Shown piece after piece: positions 9,578 through 19,341 of a stretch of 63,835 nucleotides of DNA. Each line of letters begins with the position of its first letter. Positions within the stretch are counted from its first letter, which is position 1. The DNA is from Gammaproteobacteria bacterium (lineage in GTDB: Bacteria; Pseudomonadota; Gammaproteobacteria; JACCXJ01): contig JBQTJM010000017.1 of the NCBI GenBank assembly GCA_052387115.1, positions 1 to 63,835 of the forward strand. The letters run 5' to 3'. The notes under the pieces are model-generated. The model saw only the letters and a program-made list of their open reading frames with translations. It was not told the origin of the DNA and ran no database searches. A program made the position numbers and the translations under genes.

Positions 9578-9982
9578 GTGAGCGTCGGCCTCCTGATCGT
9601 CACCCATGAGGGCCTGGGCGCCGTGCTCCTCGACAGCGCCCGCCAGGCGCTCGGCCGTTGCCCCCTCAGGACCGAGGTCCTTGGCGCGGGGGCCGACTGT
9701 GACCCCGAGGACCTCTATCGGCGCGCCACGGGGCTGTGCTCGGCCCTCGACGATGGCGACGGGGTCCTGGTCCTGACCGATCTGTACGGCGCGACGCCCA
9801 GCAATGTAGCGGAGCGCCTCGTAGACTCGCGTCAGGACCGGCGACTGGTCGCCGGTCTCAACCTGCCGATGCTGATCCGCGTATTCAACTATCCGGGTAT
9901 GGGCCTGGAGGGCCTGGTGGCCAAGGCGCTGAGTGCCGGACGTGACGGGGTGTTCCAAGTGGCCGGCGCGGCCGCGTGCTGA
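9578..9982 (+). CDS. PTS enzyme IIA, mannose/fructose family (PtsM-like).
   Basis: SVGLLIVTHEGLG carries the phospho-His of EIIA-Man. GTG start at 9578 with gaggga 7 nt upstream. Confidence 0.8.
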   Translation: MSVGLLIVTHEGLGAVLLDSARQALGRCPLRTEVLGAGADCDPEDLYRRATGLCSALDDGDGVLVLTDLYGATPSNVAERLVDSRQDRRLVAGLNLPMLIRVFNYPGMGLEGLVAKALSAGRDGVFQVAGAAAC

Positions 9983-9987
9983 CCCAC

Positions 9988-10257
9988 ATGGAGGAGCGTC
10001 GGGTGGTCATCGTCAATAAGCTCGGCCTGCACGCGCGGGCGGCCGCGCGTTTCGTGCAGCTGGCCGCCAGCTTCGAGTGTCAGATCACCGTGGCGCGGGA
10101 CGGGCGCGAGGTCAACGGCAAGAGCATCATGGGCGTCATGATGCTGGCCGCCCACCGGGGGAGCGAGATCGCCATCTCTGCGAGCGGCGGCGACGAGCAC
10201 GAGGCCGTTCGACGGCTCGAGGCCCTGATCTGCGATCGCTTCGGGGAGGGCGAATGA
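9988..10257 (+). CDS. ptsH: Phosphocarrier protein HPr.
   Basis: The His15 region KLGLHARAAARF and the Ser46 region VNGKSIMGVMML. 89 aa from the ATG at 9988. Confidence 0.9.
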   Translation: MEERRVVIVNKLGLHARAAARFVQLAASFECQITVARDGREVNGKSIMGVMMLAAHRGSEIAISASGGDEHEAVRRLEALICDRFGEGE

Positions 10258-12002
10258 GCATCGCGCTGCACGGGATCGGGGTCGCCAGGGGGATCGCCAT
10301 CGGTAAGGCGCATATCCTGGTCCGGGACCAGCTCGAGATCAGCGAGTACTGCGTCGCGCTGGAGTTCGTGGAAGACGAGGTGCGGCGCCTCGACGAGGCC
10401 ACCGTCCTGGCGCGCCAGCAACTGCGCGCCATCCGCGGGCACATCCCTCGGAGCACGGCGGCCGACATCGCGGCCTTCATCGATACACACGTCTTGATGC
10501 TGGAAGACGCGGCATTGAGCCAGGAGCCGGCGCGCCTCATCCGCGAGCGCCGTTGCAACGCCGAGTGGGCCTTGCGGTTGCAGCGCGACGCCCTGGTCGC
10601 GGTATTCGAGGAGATGGACGACCCCTATCTCCGCACCCGCAAGGACGACGTGGACCACGTGGTCCACCGTATCCAACGCGTCCTCCAGAACCAGGGACCC
10701 CTGCGTCACGAGGTCCCCGACAGCCGGCTCGCCGGATACATCATCGTCGCCGACGACCTGACCCCGGCCGACACCGTGGTCATGCAACACCACGGGATCG
10801 CGGCCTTCGTGACCGAGTGCGGCGGGGCCACCTCGCACACCGCGATCCTGGCGCGCAGCCTCGGGATCCCGAGTATCGTAGCCCTGCACCAGGCGCGCCG
10901 CTATGTGCGCGAGGACGATGTGCTCATCGTCGACGGGGGCAAGGGGGTGGTGGTGCTGGACCCCGATGCCAGGACCCTCGAGTATTACCAGGGTCTGCAG
11001 CGCCGGGAGCGGGACGACCTCGCCGAGCTCGGCAAGCTCAAGGGGGCGCCGGCCCGGACCGAGGACGGCATTGCCGTGGTCCTGGAGGCCAACATCGAGT
11101 TGCCCAAGGACTTCGAGACGGTGCTGACCGTGGGCGCCGCCGGCGTCGGCCTCTATCGTACCGAGTACCTCTATATGAATCGCCCACAACCCCCTGACGA
11201 GGGCGAGCATTTCGAGGTCTATACCGAGGTGCTGCGGCTACTCGAGCCCCTGCCCATCACCATCCGGACCTTGGACATCGGGGCCGACAAGGAGATGGAC
11301 GGGGGCGCGCGCGGCGACTGCCCCATCGCCGCCAACCCGGCGCTCGGGCTGCGCGCCGTGCGCCTGTGCCTGAAGGAGCCGCGGCTGTTCCTCCCCCAGC
11401 TGCGCGCCATCCTCCGGGCCTCGGCGCTGGGGCCGGTGCGGCTCCTGATCCCGATGCTGGCCAGCCTGCAGGAGTTGCATCAGGTATTGGCCATCATCGA
11501 AGGGATCCGCCAGGAGTTGCGGGCGGCCTCCATCCCTTTCAATCCGGATATGCCGATCGGCGGCATGATCGAGGTACCGGCGGCCGCGGTGTGTGCCGAC
11601 CTGTTTGCTCAGGAGTTGGATTTCCTGTCCATCGGTACCAACGACCTCATCCAGTACACGATGGCCATCGACCGCGTCAACGACGAGGTGAGCTATCTTT
11701 ATGATCCGTTGAATCTCGGTGTCTTGCGGCTCATCAAGACCACGATCGATGCCGCCGCGCGCTGTCGCATCCCGGTGGCCATGTGCGGGGAGATGGCCGG
11801 CGATCTGCGCTATGTGCGCCTGCTCCTGGGGTTGGGCTTGAGGGAGTTCAGCGTCCACCCGGCGACCCTCCTGGAGGTCAAGCGCATCGTCAACTCGACC
11901 TCGTTCGGTGCCGTGGCGACGCTCGCCGCACAGCTCCTGAACAGTCGTTCCCCCGGCGAGGCCCAGGAACTGCTCATCGCCATCAACAGCGGCGTGGTGT
12001 AA
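10254..12002 (+). CDS. ptsI: Phosphoenolpyruvate-protein phosphotransferase (enzyme I).
   Basis: MSIALHGIGVARGIAIGKAHIL. The phospho-His region ECGGATSHTAILARSLGIPS. C-terminal GTNDLIQYTMAIDR. ATGA overlap with the ptsH stop. There is no N-terminal GAF domain, so this is ptsI-type rather than ptsP-type. Confidence 0.93.
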   Translation: MSIALHGIGVARGIAIGKAHILVRDQLEISEYCVALEFVEDEVRRLDEATVLARQQLRAIRGHIPRSTAADIAAFIDTHVLMLEDAALSQEPARLIRERRCNAEWALRLQRDALVAVFEEMDDPYLRTRKDDVDHVVHRIQRVLQNQGPLRHEVPDSRLAGYIIVADDLTPADTVVMQHHGIAAFVTECGGATSHTAILARSLGIPSIVALHQARRYVREDDVLIVDGGKGVVVLDPDARTLEYYQGLQRRERDDLAELGKLKGAPARTEDGIAVVLEANIELPKDFETVLTVGAAGVGLYRTEYLYMNRPQPPDEGEHFEVYTEVLRLLEPLPITIRTLDIGADKEMDGGARGDCPIAANPALGLRAVRLCLKEPRLFLPQLRAILRASALGPVRLLIPMLASLQELHQVLAIIEGIRQELRAASIPFNPDMPIGGMIEVPAAAVCADLFAQELDFLSIGTNDLIQYTMAIDRVNDEVSYLYDPLNLGVLRLIKTTIDAAARCRIPVAMCGEMAGDLRYVRLLLGLGLREFSVHPATLLEVKRIVNSTSFGAVATLAAQLLNSRSPGEAQELLIAINSGVV

Positions 12003-12341
12003 AGCCGCTCGGTGCACGCAACCCGACGGGTGCGCACAACAGGTCTTTTCTCGCCCGCTCATATTCACAATATATTGCTTTACACAGGCGTGCGAACCTG
12101 CCCTTCCTGGATTATCCGGATTGAGCACTTGAAACAAAGGCGCAACGTTCGCTTTTGGCGAAATGAAGCGCTTTGCAGTAGACAAAGCACCGGACTTTCG
12201 GTCCGTAAACGCCACCGCATCGGAACGCTTCGTTTGAGCCATCCGTTTTGTGACCGAGGCTTGGGTGTTGCTGCGTGACCATCCGCTTGATGAGACGCCA
12301 GCGGTGGGAGAAATCCTCATCTCCGGGAGGCCCCCCGCGCG

Positions 12342-12518
12342 TTGTCCATGAGGGAACGGGCCAGCGAGAGGAGCGGCTCTTCGCAAAGGGACTTCCCGAC
12401 GGGCAGGCCGGCAGCGCGCATGCAAAGTGTTCGGGATCCCGCCGCCGACGATGAGCCGGTCGACTTTCTCGATCAGGGACTCGAGTAAACCAAGCTTGGT
12501 GGAGATCTTGCGATCCGC
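12342..12518 (-). pseudogene. Internal fragment of a phosphoglycerate kinase gene, in the same orientation as the intact pgk 4.3 kb away.
   Basis: Nucleotide alignment by eye of 12342-12518 with 16803-16977 gives roughly 85 percent identity. It translates as [29 protein letters not shown], then shifts frame by 1 nt to [27 protein letters not shown]. The intact pgk has [56 protein letters not shown]. Confidence 0.85.
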
Positions 12519-12805
12519 TTGCAGCAGCCTCCCTGACGCGCTTTGTTCCTCCTAAGCAGCAGGCCGTGCTCGGGGCTCTTCGGCCAACCCGACCGAAGCT
12601 TCTACGCCACTGAGCTGATCGGCCTGATCGGGGCGGGGTCCGGCGCGGTACAATGGGAAGTAGCATCGCCGTCTGGCTGTCGGCCGTACCAACTGACCGC
12701 GGCAGCGTTCCGCGCTGAATGCCTAATGGTGGAAGAAATCGCTCGCCACGCTCCGCTTTCGCGGGCTCGCTATCGGCGAGACAACAGGCACTGGAGGTCC
12801 GAACG

Positions 12806-13735
12806 ATGATCACAGACATGACATTCGAATTGGCATTGCTCCGTTTCGATGGTGAGCGCTTCGCCGGGCATGCCCTCGATGTGGATTGTACCCAGGAGTT
12901 GATTGCTTACAGGGATCTGGTCCTGGAATGCGCCAAGGCCTTTTGGCGCCGAAAATACCCGGACCGGGCGCGTCTGCCGAAGGGTTTCGAGGGCGGCTTT
13001 CGCTTGCAATTCGACCGGCTGGAAGCGGGTTCAGCCATCGTACCCTTGCGGCGTGTGCGCATACCCGAGCAAGGCGAGCTTGACCTGGGCGATGAGTTCG
13101 ACGAGGCGGCCGAACTGATCGATCGGGCGATTACTGCTGCGGATGTGGACGATCTGCTGCCCTCGGAACTGCCGACCCATGTCATCCCGTTGTTCCGGGA
13201 GTTGGGAAAGACACTGCGGGACGACGAAGTTCTATTCACCCGCGCTCGGCGCACCAAAGTCGAGGCTGCTTACACCCTCAAGGCACGGCTCACCTTAGCC
13301 GAATGGCTTGGCCCGAGTTACGAGGATAAGGCCGATGTTGTAGGCGAGGTGCGTATGGCTAATGTGGGGCCTAGCCGATTCGCCTTGCAGATAGAGCAGG
13401 CGGGCGCGACCGTCCTGGTAGATGGCAAGTTCGCTCCTGAGCAGGAGGGCAGGGTGCTTCAGGCTCTGAACGAACACCGAATGGTCAGGCTCCGTGTGGT
13501 TGGCATCGGCGAGTTCGCAACTGCCGACAGGATGCTGAAACGGTTCGTGCGAGTCGATGACGTCCGCCTAGCCTCGGGCGAAGCGCTCCAGTTCGACGAC
13601 AGCGTTCCGCCGATCTGGGAACAGCTTGGCGCTATTGGACGCTCGGCCCCACCGGGAGCATGGGATGCCGTGCCGTCCGACTTATCGGTGCGGATCGATG
13701 AGATCGTGTATGGCAGCGGCGTTGGGGGCACATGA
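12806..13735 (+). CDS. 309-aa protein of unknown function in the antitoxin position upstream of a PIN toxin.
   Basis: ggagg lies 8 nt upstream of the ATG at 12806. The stop overlaps the PIN start (ATGA at 13732-13735). The C-terminal PPGAWDAVPSDLSVRIDEIVYG resembles the tails of some PIN-associated antitoxins. I do not recognise the N-terminal ~260 aa. Confidence 0.7.
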   Translation: MITDMTFELALLRFDGERFAGHALDVDCTQELIAYRDLVLECAKAFWRRKYPDRARLPKGFEGGFRLQFDRLEAGSAIVPLRRVRIPEQGELDLGDEFDEAAELIDRAITAADVDDLLPSELPTHVIPLFRELGKTLRDDEVLFTRARRTKVEAAYTLKARLTLAEWLGPSYEDKADVVGEVRMANVGPSRFALQIEQAGATVLVDGKFAPEQEGRVLQALNEHRMVRLRVVGIGEFATADRMLKRFVRVDDVRLASGEALQFDDSVPPIWEQLGAIGRSAPPGAWDAVPSDLSVRIDEIVYGSGVGGT

Positions 13736-14151
13736 AGGTCGTCTTTGCCGATACCGGCTACTGGGTCGCCGTACTTAATCCGAAAGACGATTGGAACACC
13801 AGAGCGAACGAGGTTTCTCGATCGTTGGCTAAGGTCCGCATCGTGACAACCGAGATGGTCTTGGCCGAGCTGCTGGCGGCGTTGTCGAAGGTCTCCGTCA
13901 GACCGATGGCCGTTCAAGGTGTAGAGAGTATTTGCGCCGACCCGAACATCGAGGTCGTCCCACAAACGTCACTTCAGTTCGGCGAGGCGTTCGCGACGTA
14001 TAAGCGCATGGTGGACAAGGAGTGGAGTCTCACCGATTGCGCTTCGTTCGACGTCATGAGTTCTCGCGGTATTTCCGAGGCGCTGGCGCACGACCACCAT
14101 TTTGAGCAGGCCGGCTTTCGCGCCCTTCTTCGGGAAGACGCGAATCCATGA
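13732..14151 (+). CDS. PIN-domain ribonuclease toxin (VapC-like).
   Basis: MKVVFADTGYWVAVLNPKDDW (first acidic residue), SLTDCASFDVM, ALAHDHHFEQAGF. 139 aa. Confidence 0.8.
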   Translation: MKVVFADTGYWVAVLNPKDDWNTRANEVSRSLAKVRIVTTEMVLAELLAALSKVSVRPMAVQGVESICADPNIEVVPQTSLQFGEAFATYKRMVDKEWSLTDCASFDVMSSRGISEALAHDHHFEQAGFRALLREDANP

Positions 14152-14295
14152 ATCCTGCCATTTCCCGTGCCTCCACGACAGTACCGACGAGCACGGCGTG
14201 GTATCTGGGTGCGCGGCTACTGCGATGCTTTGACCTTGATCCACGAACGAAAGAGTAGGCGAATCCGTCGAGATATCGTTGCTAGCTTGCCGTGT

Positions 14296-14333
14296 GTTCT
14301 CAGTTCGGCTACATTCGTTGCTGAACTGAGAAC
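14296..14333. promoter_or_regulatory. Perfect 11-bp inverted repeat abutting the start codon of the wHTH-nucleotidyltransferase gene. Candidate autoregulatory operator or 5' hairpin.
   Basis: gttctcagttc, a 16-nt spacer, then gaactgagaac. The right arm ends at 14333 and the ATG is at 14334. Confidence 0.5.
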
Positions 14334-14901
14334 ATGAAGAGCCTGGTCGACCATCTTCTGGGGGACACGCGCACCGCAATCCTGGCGGCGTTGTTGCTGC
14401 GGCCGGAGGAACGTGTGCACGTCCGCGAACTGGCGCGGCTGACCGGCGCCTCGCCGGGGACGCTGCACCGCGAGCTGACGGCGCTCGCTGCGCTGGGGGT
14501 GCTGTGTCGCGAGGCAGTGGGGAGGCAGGTGTTCTTTGCGGCTAATCGTGACTGCCCGGTGTTCGAGGAGCTCGCAGGCCTGTTGCGCAAGACGGCCGGC
14601 TTGGTCGACGTCGTACATGGCGCACTTCAACCGCATGCCGCTCGGATCTATGCGGTGTTCATCTATGGCTCGCTCGCGGCGGGCACTGAATCGTCGCAGA
14701 GCGACGTGGACGTCATGATCCTCGGCGACCTGCCGTTCGGCGAGGCGGTCAAGGCGTTGGCGCCGGCCCAGGGAGCGCTGCGACGCGAGGTCAATCCGAC
14801 CGTCATGAAGGCCGAAGACTTCCGCCGCAAGCGGGCGGAGAAGGATGGGTTCGTCTTGACGGTGTGGAAGGCACCCAAGCTGTGGGTAATCGGCAGCGAA
14901 A

Positions 14902-14915
<14 letters not shown>
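14334..14915 (+). CDS. Winged-HTH fused to a minimal nucleotidyltransferase (MNT-type antitoxin-like).
   Basis: wHTH: RTAILAALLLRPEERVHVRELARLTGASPGTLHRELTALAALGVL. NTase motif: YGSLAAGTESSQSDVDVMI (GS...DxD). Confidence 0.8.
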
Positions 14916-15570
<655 letters not shown>

Positions 15571-15996
15571 TCGGCACGCGTTGACGCTCGCGTGGTCGGG
15601 CGAGATCGCCGGCGTACGGGGAAGTTTGGGGTCGGTGTTCGTGGCGTAGTCCCAGCAGAAGGACTGCCCGCCGGCCGTTCGGTCGATCTGCACGGCCAGC
15701 AGGCCCACGGTGAGGGTCGGGGTGTCTCCGGGCGCGCGACGACCGCATTAATAGGGTAGACTTCATTGAACGACGGTATCAGTCATCAATGCACAAGCTC
15801 TTCAAGAGCGTCAATTAATTCCGGGATGTCATTTCGACCGAAGGGAGAAATCTCGCAGCGATACCGTTGGGCGACGTAGCAATAAGATTGCTCGTTACGC
15901 TCGAAATGACAAACTAATGAGAGGTTCCTTGAGATCCATTGCAAGCAAGGGGAGTGAAGGTGCCATTGACGCATGGGAACAACGGAGCTCGGGAGG

Positions 15997-16254
15997 ATGA
16001 AACTGAAACATGAGGCGGAATTGGTCAAAGGTGCGATTCTCGCCGGCGTGACGTATGTTGAAGGCCGGGGAGCCGCCGTGTTTGAGGCGACGGACTCGGC
16101 AAGCGAGAAGATCCTCTATATCTACCGACTGCTGGTCCACGATAAGGTCATTCAACCCTTGCCGGAGGATCAGGTCTCGCAACAATCCATGCGGCACAAG
16201 CTTGCCCTCTGGTACGCCAAGCAACTGCCGAAGGATCATCCTCTGCTGAAATAG
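15997..16254 (+). CDS. Small hypothetical protein in a low-GC patch.
   Basis: Open frame MKLKHEAELVKGAILAGVTYVEGRGAAVFEATD... with ggag/gggagg just upstream. No recognisable family. It overlaps an 80-aa antisense ORF (15786-16028), and I cannot choose between them. Confidence 0.35.
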   Translation: MKLKHEAELVKGAILAGVTYVEGRGAAVFEATDSASEKILYIYRLLVHDKVIQPLPEDQVSQQSMRHKLALWYAKQLPKDHPLLK

Positions 16255-16333
16255 GCGCTGGCCAAGTCAGGCGGGCGGAGGCGGGGCGCACTAGAAATAG
16301 GACGCGGTATCCGATCTTCGGCCGGGGGAGCCC

Positions 16334-17545
16334 TCAGTACCCCTCGCTCGGGTGTACGTAGTCGGGATCGGCCTTGGCGCGTTCCTTCAGGATGGCGATG
16401 GCCGGCAGGGTCTTGCCTTCGAGGAACTCCAGGAAGGCGCCACCGCCCGTCGAGAGGTAGGAGAGGCGTTGCGCGACGCCGAACTTGGCGATGGCCGCGA
16501 GCGTCTCGCCCCCGCCGGCGATGGAAAAGGCTTGGCTTGCGGCGATGGCCTCGGCGATGGCACGCGTGCCGGCGGCGAAGGGCTCGAGCTCGAACACACC
16601 CAGCGGCCCGTTCCAGACGATGGTGCGGGCCTCGGAAAGGCATCCGGCGAAGCGCGCGGCGGTCTTTGGGCCGATGTCGAGGATGAGATCGTCTTCGGAG
16701 ACCTCGGCGGCGGGTTTGACGGTCGCGCGCGCCGTGGGCGAGTACTCCTTGGCGCACACGCAATCCTCGGCCAGCGGGATCTCGCCGCCGCGTTCGCGCG
16801 CCTTGTCCATGAGGGAGCGGGCCACCGAGAGGAGCGGCTCTTCACAAAGGGACTTGCCGATGGGCAGGCCGGCGGCGCGCATGAGGGTGTTCAGGATCCC
16901 GCCGCCCACGATCAGTCGGTCGACCTTCTCGATCAGGGACTCGAGTAACGCCAGCTTGGCGGAGATCTTCGATCCGCCGACCACGGCCACGAGCGGCCGC
17001 TCGGGGTCCTTGACGATCCGGGCGAGCGCCTGGACCTCGGCTTGAAGCAGCGGACCGGCGCACACCTTGGGAGCATACTTGGCGATCCCATGGGTCGAGG
17101 CCTCGGCGCGGTGGGCGGTGGCGAAGGCGTCGTTCACATAGACATCGCAGAGCGCCGCCATCTTGCGCGCCAGCACATCGTCGTCGGCCTTCTCGCCGCG
17201 CTCGAAGCGCACGTTCTCGCACAAGATCGCCTCGCCGGGCGCGACCGTGACGCCGGAAAGCCAGTCCTTGCAGAGCCTGATCTCGCGGCCGAGCAGCGCG
17301 GACAGCGACCTAGCGACCGGGGCCAAGGACAGCGATGGGTCATAGCTCCCTTCCCGGGGGCGCCCGAGGTGTGAGACTACCAGTACTCGGGCCCCGGCCC
17401 GCAGGGCCTTGTGGATGGCGGGGAGCGCGGCCCGGATGCGGGTATCGTCGGAGATATGGCCGTCCTCGATGGGGACATTCAAGTCCTCGCGGATCAGGAC
17501 CCGCTTCCCCGCGAGGGCGATATCCGACATGGAGAGCATCGACAA
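16334..17545 (-). CDS. pgk: Phosphoglycerate kinase.
   Basis: [50 protein letters not shown]. The start may be the ATG at 17530 rather than 17545. Confidence 0.95.
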   Translation of the reverse strand: MSMLSMSDIALAGKRVLIREDLNVPIEDGHISDDTRIRAALPAIHKALRAGARVLVVSHLGRPREGSYDPSLSLAPVARSLSALLGREIRLCKDWLSGVTVAPGEAILCENVRFERGEKADDDVLARKMAALCDVYVNDAFATAHRAEASTHGIAKYAPKVCAGPLLQAEVQALARIVKDPERPLVAVVGGSKISAKLALLESLIEKVDRLIVGGGILNTLMRAAGLPIGKSLCEEPLLSVARSLMDKARERGGEIPLAEDCVCAKEYSPTARATVKPAAEVSEDDLILDIGPKTAARFAGCLSEARTIVWNGPLGVFELEPFAAGTRAIAEAIAASQAFSIAGGGETLAAIAKFGVAQRLSYLSTGGGAFLEFLEGKTLPAIAILKERAKADPDYVHPSEGY

Positions 17546-17554
17546 TTCGAGACC

Positions 17555-18580
17555 TCAGCGCGCCTGCATCCAGGCGACGGTGGTATCGAGCATGCGGTTC
17601 GAGAACCCCCATTCGTTGTCGTACCAGGCCAGCACCTTGACCAACGTCCCGTCGATGACCCGTGTCTCGCTGGCCTCATAGATCGAAGACGCCGGATGGT
17701 GGTTGAAATCCACCGAGACCAGGGGTTCGCCGTTGTATTCCAGCACGCCGCGCAGATCACCCGCGGCCGCTTGTTTCATGACCGCGTCGATCTCCTCGAT
17801 GCTCGTTTCCCGCGCGGCGACGAAGCTCAGATCCACGAGCGAGACATTGACGACCGGGACGCGCATGGCGTAGCCGTCGAGCTTGCCGGCGAGCTCCGGC
17901 AGTACCAAGCCGACCGCCGCCGCGGCGCCGGTCTTGGTCGGGATCATCGACTGGGTCGCTGAGCGCGCCCGCCGCAGGTCCTTGTGGTAGACATCGATCA
18001 GGACCTGGTCGTTGGTGTAGGCGTGGATGGTGGTCATGGCCCCGCGCAGGACCCCGATGTGCTCGTGCAGGGGCTTGACCAGCGGCGCCAGGCAATTGGT
18101 CGTGCACGAGGCGTTCGAGATGACGGTATCGGATGCCTTGAGGGTCTTATGGTTGACGCCGTAGACCACGGTCGCATCCATCTCGGTCGCGGGGGCCGAG
18201 ACGATGACCTTCTTGGCTCCGGCCTTGAGATGGGCCGCGGCCGTGGCCTTGGTGGTGAAGAGGCCGGTGCACTCGTGTACCACATCGACCCCGAGCTCGG
18301 CCCACGGCAGCTTGGCCGGATCGCGCTCGGCCAACACCCGGATGCGGTCGCCGTCGACCAGCATGGCCTCCGCGATAGCCTCGACCTTTCCCGGAAACCG
18401 TCCGTGTACGCTGTCATAACGGGTCAGGTGCACGTTGGTCTTGACGTCGCCCAGATCGTTGATGGCCACGACCTCGATATCCGATCGGCCATTGTTCGAT
18501 CGGTACTGGCCTTCGTAGAGCGCGCGCAGGATGTTCCGGCCGATGCGACCGTATCCGTTGATTGCGATTTTGATTGTCAT
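17555..18580 (-). CDS. gap: Glyceraldehyde-3-phosphate dehydrogenase, type I.
   Basis: [20 protein letters not shown], active site [23 protein letters not shown]. Confidence 0.96.
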   Translation of the reverse strand: MTIKIAINGYGRIGRNILRALYEGQYRSNNGRSDIEVVAINDLGDVKTNVHLTRYDSVHGRFPGKVEAIAEAMLVDGDRIRVLAERDPAKLPWAELGVDVVHECTGLFTTKATAAAHLKAGAKKVIVSAPATEMDATVVYGVNHKTLKASDTVISNASCTTNCLAPLVKPLHEHIGVLRGAMTTIHAYTNDQVLIDVYHKDLRRARSATQSMIPTKTGAAAAVGLVLPELAGKLDGYAMRVPVVNVSLVDLSFVAARETSIEEIDAVMKQAAAGDLRGVLEYNGEPLVSVDFNHHPASSIYEASETRVIDGTLVKVLAWYDNEWGFSNRMLDTTVAWMQAR

Positions 18581-18595
18581 GTTGCCCTTTGCTGT

Positions 18596-19171
18596 CTATT
18601 CATTCCTGTCGTTAACCGGCTTCGCCCATTTGATCGAGCAGCCCATGCTCGGGATCTGGGTCCTGGGACCCTGGCCGGTGTGCGCGATGCCCACCATCGC
18701 CTCGTAGAGCTCACGATGGGCCTCCGGCGGTGCCGGGTGACGCCCGCTTTCGTCCAGCCGCCCTCGGTACTGCAAGCGCAGATCGGCGTCGTAGCCGAAG
18801 AAGTCGGGCGTGCAGATCGCGCCGTAAGACCGGGCCACCGATTGGGTGTCGTCGATGAGATACGGGAAGGGATATCCGAGGCGGGCCGCTACCCGTTGCA
18901 TGTTGTCGAACGAATCCTCCGGGTAGTCGCCGGGATCGTTGGGCATGATGGCGACGCTCTTGACACCCTGATCGAGCAGCGCGCGGGTATCGCGCACCAG
19001 GCGCTCCTGGATAGCCTGGACGTAGGGGCAATGGTTGCAGATGAACATCACCAAGGTCCCCCGTTCCCCGCGGCACCCGGCCAGCGACCAGGTGTTGCCG
19101 TCTGTCCCGCGCAACGAGAAATCCGGTGCGGGCGCGCCGAAGTCGCACACGCGGGTCTGCATCAACGCCAT
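18596..19171 (-). CDS. Thioredoxin-fold (TlpA/redoxin-like) protein.
   Basis: TLVMFICNHCPYV carries a CxxC-type motif in a redoxin context. 191 aa. Confidence 0.75.
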   Translation of the reverse strand: MALMQTRVCDFGAPAPDFSLRGTDGNTWSLAGCRGERGTLVMFICNHCPYVQAIQERLVRDTRALLDQGVKSVAIMPNDPGDYPEDSFDNMQRVAARLGYPFPYLIDDTQSVARSYGAICTPDFFGYDADLRLQYRGRLDESGRHPAPPEAHRELYEAMVGIAHTGQGPRTQIPSMGCSIKWAKPVNDRNE

Positions 19172-19341
19172 GGCGGCCCTCCTAGCGGTTCGATAAGCAT
19201 GTCATGGTTCTTGCTAAACGCACTCGACGCGGGCCCTGGGGGCGGGGAGACACGCGCAACGTAAAGCTGTCCTTCGTCCCCGTGTCCAGTTACACTAATA
19301 AACCAACCACTTTTGGAACGGGCCCTACAGGAGAAGATACC

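Noticed and set aside
12016-12033. A hairpin after ptsI (cgcaaccc-gac-gggtgcg) as a terminator.
   Set aside because: The stem has a bulge and only 7 bp, and the T tract is 10 nt away. The evidence is too weak to list as a feature.
12585-12645. A tRNA-like stretch on the minus strand. GGCCGATCAGCTCAGTGGCGTAGAAGC resembles the acceptor and D arm of a tRNA-Thr, and a possible anticodon stem follows.
   Set aside because: I cannot fold a full cloverleaf. The D stem is imperfect, position 33 of the putative anticodon loop is G, and there is no GGTTCGA-type T arm or matching 3' acceptor strand. At best it is a tRNA remnant at the islet border. It should be tested with tRNAscan-SE or Infernal.
12112-12819. 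A 235-aa minus-strand ORF covering the ptsI-islet spacer.
   Set aside because: It reads through the pgk fragment in the wrong frame and has no motifs. The region is better explained as decayed pgk sequence plus non-coding DNA.
15786-16028. An 80-aa minus-strand ORF in the low-GC patch; possible small toxin.
   Set aside because: It has no recognisable family or RBS, and it overlaps the equally uncertain plus-strand ORF at 15997-16254. I cannot support either one strongly.
19172-19341. Possible SAM riboswitch in the metK leader, and possible SAH riboswitch in the ahcY leader (20542-20627).
   Set aside because: I could not find the conserved cores by eye. The ahcY leader is AT-rich and is dominated by a 15-bp tandem duplication rather than the GC-rich SAH element. 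A cmsearch with the SAM-II, SAM-V and SAH models would settle it.
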